The translations under genes were made by a program, and so were the position numbers. The notes beneath the pieces are model-generated. The model was given only the letters and a program-made list of their open reading frames with translations. It searched no databases and was not told the origin of the DNA. Of a DNA stretch of 64,000 bases, positions 28,806 through 38,425 are shown piece by piece. Origin of the DNA: Octopus bimaculoides (taxonomy: Eukaryota); NCBI RefSeq assembly GCF_001194135.2, contig NC_069003.1:36896696-36960695 (forward strand), given 5' to 3'. The first letter of the stretch is position 1, and every line of letters starts with the position of its first letter.

Positions 28806-29897
28806 GTTGGTGATTGATTTATACGTGTATTAATCGTCTATCATTAGAAAAGGCATGAATGTTCCAACTTCCTATCTCAAGATGCAAAATGGAAGTTGGT
28901 GGAGGAAGAGAGAGTTCGGTCAGACAGGAAAATAAACATGTCTGTTTCTGTGCTTTACGTTTATCAAATTGCAATCACAGAGTATTGTTCCTCTGAAAGC
29001 TGGACACAGGGACAGGTGAAAACCCTTTGTCTTTATATAAAGACAAGGGGTTTTCCTATGTTTCCTCTATAAATCTACATTTGTCTCCACACTGTACTGA
29101 GTTATAAGATTGTGTAGCATAGGATAGCATTGAAACGAAACATTTTTAATTAACCAATAATTCTGTAATCAAACTAATTACCAAGAATGTGTTATGTATG
29201 CCAGCTGGCCATTCCATTTACTGTGATTGGGGTGAGAACAGCACAGAAATGAGGGTTGTGGATAGGTCATGTTGTGATGGGGGAGGCAGAGTTCTGTGTT
29301 GTTGTTTCACCAAAGTTCTTGCCATCTCAACAATGTAGGCCATAAGGTTTAAATTCTAACATATCAACCATCCCACTCACTCCAAATCTCTGTATCACAT
29401 CACCTATTCTCCCCACCACCACCACCACCAATGTCCCTAAGGGCATGTCCCAACATCTCTCCCTCTCTCATTCACTCCCCTTTCCAACTGGAGTTCTCAT
29501 CTATCCACTCTACAAAACACCTATGTCTCCTCTTTACCTTGAATCTTAAAACTGGCACAAAGCCCCCACACACACACACACACACCCAATATTACTGATC
29601 CCCCCCCCCNNNNNNNNNNCAATTGAGGGGGTTTTGACTTTTATATCTTGCAAAGGTGCTCGGTGACACAGTTGCTGCCAGTGCCACATAAAAAGCCCCC
29701 AGTTCACTCTTTAAAGTGGTTGGCATTAAGAAGGGAATCCAGCCTTAGAAACCTTGCCAAAACAAACAGTGCTGTCTGAGATGCTGTAAATTGTTTCGTG
29801 TAAAATCGATCTTGTATAAACCTATCCAACCCATATCATTGTGCCTGTCACTTTTGTTTTGATTGTTTTGTTTATTTTTATCTTTATTTCATTTCAG

Positions 29898-30045
29898 GGG
29901 CCACGTGTGTTTAGTTGTTAACGTGGCAAGTAAATGAGGTCTGACAGATTTGAATTATAGACAGCTACAGGAATTGTACGAGAAGTATGGGGAATCGAAA
30001 GGTCTCCGAATTCTTGCTTTTCCATCAAATCAATTTGGAAATCAG
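29898..30045 (+). CDS. GPX4: GPx4-like exon 3 with Sec codon ([49 protein letters not shown])
   Basis: tttcag acceptor, CAG|GTTTGT donor; in-frame TGA at 29935-29937 at the GPx active-site position VNVASxUG; LAFPxNQF signature follows in the same frame. Confidence 0.96.
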
Positions 30046-30152
30046 GTTTGTTAAATTTTCAGTATTTCGTTTTGTCTTTTAGAACCTGCTGCCTAAACAC
30101 ACACACAATCGCCTGTCTTTCTTTTTATCATTTTCCTCGTTGAACATTTCAG

Positions 30153-30298
30153 GAACCTGGCAGTAATGAAGACATAAAAAAGTTCGCCGAGGGATATAAT
30201 GTGACCTTTGACATGTTTAGTAAGGTCAATGTCAATGGTGCCGATGCCCATCCCCTTTGGCACGATCTTCAGCGTGTCCTGAAGGGATCGTTATGGAA
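30153..30298 (+). CDS. GPX4: GPx4-like exon 4 ([48 protein letters not shown])
   Basis: tttcag acceptor, AA|GTAAGT donor; QEPG and FSKVxVNGxxAHPLW motifs. Confidence 0.96.
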
Positions 30299-30449
30299 GT
30301 AAGTTTTTAATTTATGTCAAACAAAACTCCACTTTTATTCATTTTAATTTCCATTAGCTGTTGGGTTTTTCTTTTTTGCTCCAGCCTGGCCTATATTGAA
30401 GTGCTGTATGGCCAAAAGCATTACAGCTGTGGTCTTTCCTTCTATAGAG

Positions 30450-30815
30450 GCACAGGAATGGCTAAGAAATTTGCTTCCCAGCCACATGGTTCTTAGTTCA
30501 ATCCCACTGCATCGCACCTTTCACTAGTTCCTTCTACTATAGCTTCAGGTCAACCCAAATTCTTTGAGTGGATTTGGTAGATGAAAGGTGAAAGAAGCCC
30601 GTTGTGTATGTGTGTGTCTGTTTGTCCCTCCACCATTACTTGACAGCCAGTGTTGGTTTTGTTTAAGTCTCTGTAACTTAGCAGTTCAGCAAGAGTGACC
30701 AAAAGAATAAGTAGGAAAAAAAGAACTGGGATTGATTCAGTCAGCTAAAAATCCTTCAAGGTCGTACCCCAGGATGGCCCCAGTCTAATGCCTCAAACAA
30801 GTAAGAGATTAAAGA
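30450..30815 (+). mobile_element. SINE family A copy in GPx intron 4
   Basis: Head GCTTCCCAGCCACATGGTTCTTAGTTCAATCCCACTGC, central (TG)n, tail GTCTAATGCCTCAAACAAGTAAGAGA; reverse complement of the 27938-28270 copy. Confidence 0.7.
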
Positions 30816-30945
30816 TATCTGGGGCCATCAAAAATAGCAAGTTACTACAAATTTATTAAGAGTTCTATTGTTGAAAAATGAAGAATTTGCTGTGAAGACG
30901 GTTGCTCGTTATTCCTGTGTCATTGAACTCTGTTTATCATTTCAG

Positions 30946-31030
30946 TGCCATCAAGTGGAATTTCAGCAAATTCCTCATTGACAAAGACGGCAAACCTTTC
31001 AAGCGCTTTGCACCCAACCAGGAACCTAAG
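30946..31030 (+). CDS. GPX4: GPx4-like exon 5 (NAIKWNFSKFLIDKDGKPFKRFAPNQEPK)
   Basis: tttcag acceptor, AAG|GTAAGT donor; IKWNFxKFL motif carries the catalytic Trp and Asn. Confidence 0.96.
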
Positions 31031-32001
31031 GTAAGTTTAAACACATTTCAATCCGTCTTCTCCCTGAAAATAAAACAAAATTTTTATCATCATCATCATC
31101 ATCATCACCCCCATGGACCAAGAATTAGCATGATGTTTTAGTTGTTTAACCCCAGGTCCATCCTGACCAAGCAGATCTCCTATGATCAAAGGTGTTTCAG
31201 TAATCTGACTTTCCGAATGTGTTCTTTCTCTTTTTTTTAAAAAACATGTTAAATGTGGTTTTAAAGATTTGAGAAGCAAATAGCATTTCAGGGTTTGCAT
31301 TTCAAGTTCAAATCCCTCTGCTTTTTTATTTGGTTTTTTCTTTTGTGCTAAATTGAAATCCTCTCCTTTCACCACAACTTTCGTATATTTTTAATACTTG
31401 GCATCCATCTTTTAAACCAGTTCCTTTATTAACATTCATCCATTGTTTTGTTTCCAGTCTTCCTATTTGTTTCTGATTCTATCGAAAGCAACATCTGCTC
31501 CCTTCTTTTCTTCCTTCTCTCCCTCTTTCTAAATACTTGTTCTTTTCCCATATTTTGACTTCCTGTTGATAGGCTTGGCTGTGTGGTTGAGAAGCTTGCT
31601 TCCTAGCCATGTGATTTGGGGTTCAGTCCCACTGCATGTCGTGTGTGTGTGTGTGCACCCATGTCCTGATATCACATGATAGTTGTAAAGGAGCATCACT
31701 GTTAAACAAGTGAGGTTGTTGGTTTCCTTTTTCCATGGAAAAACATGTCTGGCCATCGGAAATATTAACCTGGCTTGGAAACAGTGGACGGTTGGCAACA
31801 GAAAGGACGTCTAAACCTGGAAATTCTGCCTCAGCAAATTCCATCTGATTCCTGTGGACATCAAATGATGTGATAATGTTGATGATGATGATAATGAACC
31901 AGACCAAAATGGTAACTTGTGGTTTCTTTTAATTGTCATTAGAATATAAATAAAATAATTATTTCAATGTAATCTTTCTGAATCTTTTTTTTCTCTTTCA
32001 G

Positions 32002-32034
32002 TCGATCGAGAAGGAGTTAGAGAAATTGTGGTAG
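32002..32034 (+). CDS. GPX4: GPx4-like exon 6 (SIEKELEKLW-stop)
   Basis: Long polypyrimidine tract plus cag, phase 0; fits the typical GPx C-terminal helix; TAG at 32032-32034, SECIS 75 nt downstream. Confidence 0.88.
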   Translation, partial: SIEKELEKLW

Positions 32035-32108
32035 CTGTCTGGAGACTGACCTGTAAGATTAACTTAATACCTGGAGAGGATAAAAACTTTGGGTTTTTAA
32101 TCAGCAAA

Positions 32109-32178
32109 AGATAGACTGGATGAAGACTATGGTTGAAAACTAGTTTTAGTTGACTGTAGTTGGATAAATTGTCTGTCT
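32109..32178 (+). promoter_or_regulatory. SECIS element in the GPx 3' UTR (probable type II)
   Basis: Helix I AGATAGAC(32109-16)/GTCTGTCT(32171-78); A-TGAA(32120-24)/GGAT(32162-65) non-Watson-Crick quartet; 11-bp helix II GACTATGGTTG(32125-35)/TGACTGTAGTT(32151-61), fully paired allowing G-U; unpaired AAA at 32136-38; small apical stem ACT/AGT. Confidence 0.9.
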
Positions 32179-33636
32179 TTGTTGGTCCCTACCTATGGTT
32201 TTTTTTCCTTTCTTTCTTTCAAATGGTTGTTTGAAAAATATATATTTATTCATTTACAAAAAAAGAAATCCCTTTCCTTTATCCCCCGCTTTCCCTCTCT
32301 TCTTATAAAAATGACAAAAGAAACGATCGGTTGGTTACTTTTGGTTGGACTGAATGAAGCTGATTTCAGAAAACCTTTTGAGAAAGACACAACAAAGCAG
32401 AGTTGGAGAGAGTAAAACAGTGTTTTGTTGATCCACCACCACAACAACAATCACCAGAAGATTAACCAACCAATGTAGTAGTGTTTGTCTTTTTTTAGGT
32501 GTAAATGTTTGGATTAATTAAATTTTTGTAATTCAACTGATTGGCTTTTTTATTTATTTATTATTTTAAAAAAAAAAAAATTTTTTTTTTTTTTGCTTAT
32601 CTACTTATTCCTTGCTGCAGGGACCCTCCTTTTCATTGTTCTGTTTCTTCTTCCCTTTCTTTGTCTTGCAGGTTATTTGCCAACCTCACTGGTGCCAGTG
32701 TCGGGAAAGTAAAGCACCCAGTCCACACTCTGTAAAGTGGTTGGCATTAGGAAGGGCATCCAGCCGTGGAAACCATGCCAAAGCTGACATTAGAACTGGG
32801 CTCTAAGGAATCCGAAAGTCAGGTGGGGTGGGTGACACTTTAGAGAGAATGCACAGTAGTCACACCAACAACATACAAGGGGACAAATGGGACTGAGAGA
32901 TGAATGTGGAATAGAAAGGAGACAGGGGTGAATGATGGAACATCTCTTCTTTTCTAAATTTATGTTTAAAATTATTCTGGAAGAAACCAGATGATTAATG
33001 GAAAGGAAATGATCGGAAACTCGAGGACAAGTGAGAGTTTTACAACACAACCTACCGAAAGCTGCAGATAAGTTCAGTTGTTGCAGCAAGGCAACAGGGT
33101 GACACAAAAGCAGTGTAGACAGAGCATTAACAGCTAAAAGAGAGAGAAGGAAATACTGGAAGAGAGCGGGAAGGAAAGAACTATATGATGTAGCTTGACG
33201 AGAAGCAGTGGATGCATCAACAAATAAGGACTTCCAGTACATGCATCTCTCACCAGGTCTTCCACTGTAAAGAGCTCTTTTCTGTAGGGAGGCATAAATG
33301 AATGAATATCACAAAATGCTCCCTGCTACCTTCTTTTACAAGTCTGACTATTTTAGAGACAATACATCTTGAATTTTCTTCTAGGGGAGAAAAGAAAGGG
33401 AGAGTAAAACAGGAGAAGAAGAAAGGAATAGAATTTCATAAGACATTAATGACAAGAGGCAAGATATCTTTAATTTTTATTTGTTTCGCTCATTGTAGTC
33501 ATACTGGAGCACTGTCTTTAAAAAAATGGTTGCTCTGAAGCAGAGATCAAGGTCCATATGTGATCAAACACTCTCTTGTGTCCTTGTCAGGGGGAGAATG
33601 GACTATCTGTTCTTTTTGCTTTTATTATTTAGTTTT

Positions 33637-33678
33637 TCAGTAGCCCTGTTTAGTTGGTCTCATCATAATTTCATTAAT
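33637..33678 (-). CDS. DHRS11: SDR copy B exon 7 (INEIMMRPTKQGY-stop)
   Basis: ttttctttcag acceptor; resembles the DHRS11-type C-terminal IxxIxMRPTxQ; TGA at 33637-33639. Confidence 0.87.
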   Translation of the reverse strand: MNEIMMRPTKQGY

Positions 33679-34436
33679 CTGAAAGAAAACAAATCTTGGT
33701 AATTATCTTTTCTAATAGAAATCAAATTGAAAGGGTTGTCAGAAGAATCGGCATTTAATGTCCACTTTTCTACATTTGCATGAGTCAGACAAACATTGAT
33801 AATGTCAGCAAACAAATGACCACTCAAAGTACTGAAGAAACAAGATGTCATTAATAATTATTTCTACTCAAGGCACAAAGCCCTGAAGATTTTGGAGGAG
33901 GAGGGGAGAGTCAATTACATCGACCCTGTAAGGATGAAAGTTGACTTTGGCGGAATTTGAACTCAGAACATAGTGGCAGACAAAATACCGCTAAGCATTT
34001 TGCCCGACTCTGCCACCTCACTGCCCTCAAGATGTCATTAATAATGTTGTCTTTCGTTCATTTTCTTTGACAGACATTAGCTATATATAGTTTGTTTATC
34101 TGCTAAAATGAGACTTGTGATACAGTTTAAGCCAGCAAACAGTAATAATCTACACATCACTGAGCACCTCAGCTAGGAACCAAGATGGTGACAGCCATCA
34201 CAGAACAACCAAGACCAATGGCTGCATGAACTTAGGTCACTCAACTTCAGTTACACAATTCAACAACTGCGACAGGTCCTACTGCTGTTGCACATCTCAC
34301 ACAAACTGCTTCACTTGCTGTAAACATTTTCCCTCTCATTCATTACAGCAACACTCTGGTCCTCCCATCAACCTACCAACAAATATATCTGTGTTGCAAT
34401 CTCAATTGTTATTAAAAGAGATCAAAGGACACCCAC

Positions 34437-34502
34437 CTCACAGTGTTTGGGTACCTGAAGTGCAAACAGGACTGCATCAGCGACATCACCAGATTCAAGA
34501 AT
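34437..34502 (-). CDS. DHRS11: SDR copy B exon 6 (ILESGDVADAVLFALQVPKHCE)
   Basis: ttttcag acceptor, GAG|GTGGGT donor; DVAxAV motif; 66 nt as in copy A. Confidence 0.9.
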
Positions 34503-34671
34503 CTGAAAAATAAATGAGAAATTCAAACCACAGATCAATCTGAAGACTTTTACGACGAAATATGTTTATAAGAGTTATTTGCAGAGGAGGGAAGGTTTTG
34601 GTAATTGAGATATTTACTTGGAGAGACTAAACTTGTCCACCCGGACAAGACATAAGTAAATATATACATAC

Positions 34672-34755
34672 CTTAAAATCTCTGTTTGGAACTTCTTTTC
34701 TGTCTGGAAAAAGACGAGGGACAAATTCTGTGTCCACTAAACCAGGACTGATGGA
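34672..34755 (-). CDS. DHRS11: SDR copy B exon 5 (SISPGLVDTEFVPRLFPDRKEVPNRDFK)
   Basis: Pyrimidine tract plus tag acceptor, AAG|GTATGT donor; ISPGxVxT motif. Confidence 0.9.
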
Positions 34756-34894
34756 CTAAGAAGAGAAGAAGAACTTGATCAAGAAAAACATTGAGTATTT
34801 ATTTCAAATGTTGAGTATTGTTCAACAGCAAAAGGGTATTGCTTTGATGACCCATGAAGACCATGAAGGGATAATACAAGGAAAACATATTTAA

Positions 34895-34925
<31 letters not shown>

Positions 34926-35150
34926 ATTGTCACTAGATGTGACTACAGTGTTAGAAACATCTACATGGCTAGAAATAAGAGCTAACATGTTCTAATGCTG
35001 TAGCAATACAAGTGTTTTTCAACACCCTAGTCAGATTTTGTGACAATTACAAGTCTCCTTTTTGGTAACACATTGCAAACTGCTGTTTATATTAATCTTA
35101 TATATATACATATAAGTGATGCTTAGTTAAAAAGTAGACTCAATACTTGC

Positions 35151-35280
35151 CGTGACTCTGATATCAGATTTGAGTCTTCGCAGCTCATTCCTGAGTCCTT
35201 TGGTCAGTGAAGTCACTGCAAATTTAGTTGCACTGTAGAAGTGAACATCTGGTGAGTCGACCACTCTGTGTCCAGACATA
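35151..35280 (-). CDS. DHRS11: SDR copy B exon 4 (MSGHRVVDSPDVHFYSATKFAVTSLTKGLRNELRRLKSDIRVT)
   Basis: Intact YSATK catalytic motif; 130 nt as in copy A; donor is non-canonical G|GCAAGT. Confidence 0.92.
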
Positions 35281-35935
35281 CTGCCGTCAGTTTGGTTTTT
35301 GTTTAATGTAAACAGAAAATAGAAATAAAATGAGATAAATTCAGACCAGCTGCTTGATTTAGAAACTGATTAGATGAGTCATTCAGGGGGCATTTTATAG
35401 AAGCTTAGGGTCCATAAGTCAGGGAAACACAATGTGAGTAGTTATGCAGCTCCTCCTGAACAGCAAGGAACCTGTTCTGCTCTGGCCCCTTCTCTCATCC
35501 CCCAACCATAAAGATACCCCGCCTCACAGTACAGGTTGTAAAGTGGTTGGCATTGGGAAGGGAATCCAACCATAGAAAAATGCCAAAGCAGACACTGGAG
35601 CAGGAAGCTGTCCTTGGGCCCATCGGAGCCATGTCAAACTGTTCAACCCATGGCAGCAAGGAACATGGATGTGAAATGATACACAATAGTATTTTTGAAG
35701 AGCTGTTTGTTGTGAGGTACTTTGCATCCATCTGGAGCAATGATACCATTGCTGGTCACTCACTTGGGACTGTGGCTCCTCAGGCTGGGCAAATGCTGTA
35801 ACTCAGCCAAATAAAGCAAAACATAAACCACCCAAAAACTGAAGGAGTGAAAGACCAGCACGGATTAGGATCCAATGTTTCATGTTACCCCACCACCACC
35901 CACTCTAAACCATATAAGAAACCAAAAGAGCTGAC

Positions 35936-36030
35936 CTATTTATGTGGATGAAATGACCGTCAGTCACATTTCGTTCCTCCATGGATTTAAAAGATTCTCT
36001 TGTACAGATGCTAAGAGCCAAGACATTCAC
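35936..36030 (-). CDS. DHRS11: SDR copy B exon 3 (VNVLALSICTRESFKSMEERNVTDGHFIHINS)
   Basis: tctgcag acceptor, AG|GTCAGC donor, 95 nt as in copy A; carries the catalytic Asn and the start of the catalytic Ser codon. Confidence 0.92.
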
Positions 36031-36416
36031 CTGCAGACAGAAAGGTTACAGATTAATTTTAGTTTCCAATGTGAAGAAAACGACACATCCAAATGTATGG
36101 TCCTAATTAATCTTGAGTAAATTAGTCTTTATCAATGCAGCCAACTTCCTTACATGTGATTCATGCCTTTTGTACCAAGGCACACTTTCAGATCACATGG
36201 ACCCTACATTTTCTAGCTAATATTTTTGCAACTTTTGAAGAACTTCCACATTCAAAATCCATGATTCAGTATCAATCAGCATAGCACACCTGGCATAGAT
36301 TCTTGCAGGGAACCAAGATTTCTGAAGGCAGGGAAACTTGGGAAAAAAAAAGAATTCTAACAATACTTTCTCTGCTGGCAGCTTCCATTACCGAACAAGG
36401 ACAAGAAACCACTCAC

Positions 36417-36620
36417 ACTGAACATCTCCCGCCATTTGTTAGTGTCCCCAGTAAGCAATGGCTCGGCGTGGGCCAGTCCTGCATTGTTGATGCACACATC
36501 CACTCCTCCATAATGGGCCTTGATGGTGCCAAACATAGACAGGATGTCCGACTCATTGTTGAGGTCACATTTCACAGCCAACAAGGAACCTGCTTCACCT
36601 TTCAGTTCATCAGAGATTTC
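36417..36620 (-). CDS. DHRS11: SDR copy B exon 2 (EISDELKGEAG...GVDVCINNAGLAHAEPLLTGDTNKWREMFS)
   Basis: cttag acceptor, GTGAGT donor, 204 nt, phase 0/0; NNAG motif. Confidence 0.95.
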
Positions 36621-36970
36621 CTAAGATAGATTAGCAACAGAAAACAGTTAACATTGGATAATAACAGATTAAAAGATATTTAAGAACAGATTAACTGGTT
36701 TAATCAGAAATTTAACAATCAGTAAATAAAGAGGGAAAGGTAAACCCAGAGATTTAACAATATATTACAATGCGTGAGATTAACTGTGGATTTAATGGTA
36801 GTTAATACATAAGAGATTAAATGCTCACTATCATTAATAGATTAACAATGGATAATACTTGAGAGCTAATATTTATTAGGCTGAGAGACAAATATGAGAG
36901 TGTCTATGAAGAAAGGAGAGACAAATAAACAGAGAAAATGATTAGAAAATCTCAAAGAAATAATAATTAC

Positions 36971-37102
36971 TTGGATGCGCTGCACATTTCTTGCACAACC
37001 AACAACATTCATGCCAGATTTCACCAACTTCCTGCATATAGTGGCACCAATGCCACACGAAGCCCCAGTAACCAAGGCTGTCCGTTTAACCCATTTGTCC
37101 AT
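36971..37102 (-). CDS. DHRS11: DHRS11-like SDR copy B, exon 1 of 7; complement(join(33637..33678,34437..34502,34672..34755,35151..35280,35936..36030,36417..36620,36971..37102)), 250 aa
   Basis: MDKWVKRTALVTGASCGIGATICRKLVKSGMNVVGCARNVQRIQ: Rossmann TGxxxGxG motif; CAR basic residue typical of NADP(H) SDRs; CAA|GTAATT donor. Confidence 0.93.
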
Positions 37103-37650
37103 TGTGAAAAGCTTGTGTTGTTGTTGTTGACTGCTACAAGAAAAGGAAAATCAAATTCTTACTTAATTAAATTTATTAACAGGTGAGAGTGAAAATGAGG
37201 TTGAAATTCAGTGATGGTTCTGGCAAGCAAAAAAAAAAAAAACATCAGAAACAAAATACCTGAATAGATAAAATATTGATAAAATAGATAAACTATTGAT
37301 CTACCAGGTCATGGGTCACAAGTAGTGTATGGCATGGCTGGGTAATGGAGTTTGCTACAATCAATATCGTGACTCGGTAACATTTCAGTACGAATTATTT
37401 GCAATTTCTATACAGACACAACACGAAAATAATTTGTGGCTTTGTATCAAAATTGAAATACATTTTGAAAGTTGAGATTTAGGGAAAAATAAAAACAAAC
37501 ATGAAATATCTTTATTTGCTATGCACAGACTCAAAATTATAGCTCAACTCCAATTGAAATCAACTTTTATTTTCCAATTAATGAGAAATGGATTTTAAAA
37601 CCTCGATTTTAGATAAAATAAATAAAATGCATCAAGTTTGACTTCAGAAG

Positions 37651-38425
37651 CATGAGAAGTGGTGTGCAAGAGAGACGAATGCACAGGGATGGTCATGTGT
37701 TGTGTATGGATGAGGAGAGCTGTGTGAAGAAGTGTCACACCCTAGCAGTAGAGGGAACCTGTGGAAGAGGTAGACCCAGGAAGACTTAGGATGAAGTGGT
37801 GAAGCACGACCTTCGAACGTTGGGCCTCACGGAGGCAATGACAAGTGACCAAGACCTTTTGAGATATGCTGTACTTGAGAAGACCCAGCAAGCCAAGTGA
37901 GACTGTAACCATGGTCTATGCCAGTGATGCATTAACTGACTCATTTAAGAGTGCTCTTCAATCATTGGACAATAAATTGCACTTGCAAAGATCTGTTGAG
38001 GCAAGTGAAATCGTTGTTGTGGATGATGCCAGTGCTGCCTGACTGATCTCATGCTGGTAGCACATTTAAAACACCATTCAAGCATGATCGCTGCCAGTTC
38101 CGCCTGACTGGCTCCCATACTGGTGGCAGGTAAAAAGTACCATTCAACCGTGGTTGATGCCTGTACCACCTGACTGGGTCTGTGACGGTGGCACGTAAAA
38201 ACCACCATTCGAGCGTGGTCGTTGCCAGTGCCGATTGACTGGCCCTCGTGCCAATGGCATGTAAAAAGCACCCACTACACTCTCAGTATGGTTGGCGTTA
38301 GGAAGGGCATCCAGCTGTAGTAACTCTGCTAGATCGGACTGGACCCTGGTGCAGCCTTCTGACTAGCCAGCCCGAATTCAAACCGTCCAACCCTTGCCAG
38401 CATGGAATGCGGACGTTAAACGACG
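37651..38425 (+). mobile_element. RTE-clade LINE 3' end plus 3' tail sequence
   Basis: GHVLCMDEESCVKKCHTLAVEGTCGRGRPRKT*DEVVKHDL (GRPRKTW-like motif, in-frame stop). It ends in GGAAGGGCATCCAGC...AACCGTCCAACCC..GCCAGCATGGA..CGGACGTTAAACGACGACGATGATGATG; related tail pieces occur at about 29690, 32740, 35545, 49815 and 57960. Confidence 0.8.

Noticed and set aside
29898-30045. GPx as a pseudogene with a premature stop
   Set aside because: The stop is TGA at exactly the Sec position, all exons are intact, and a SECIS is present.
36303-36629. + strand ORFs over SDR exon 2 (also 45122-45388)
   Set aside because: Antisense shadows of the real - strand exons.
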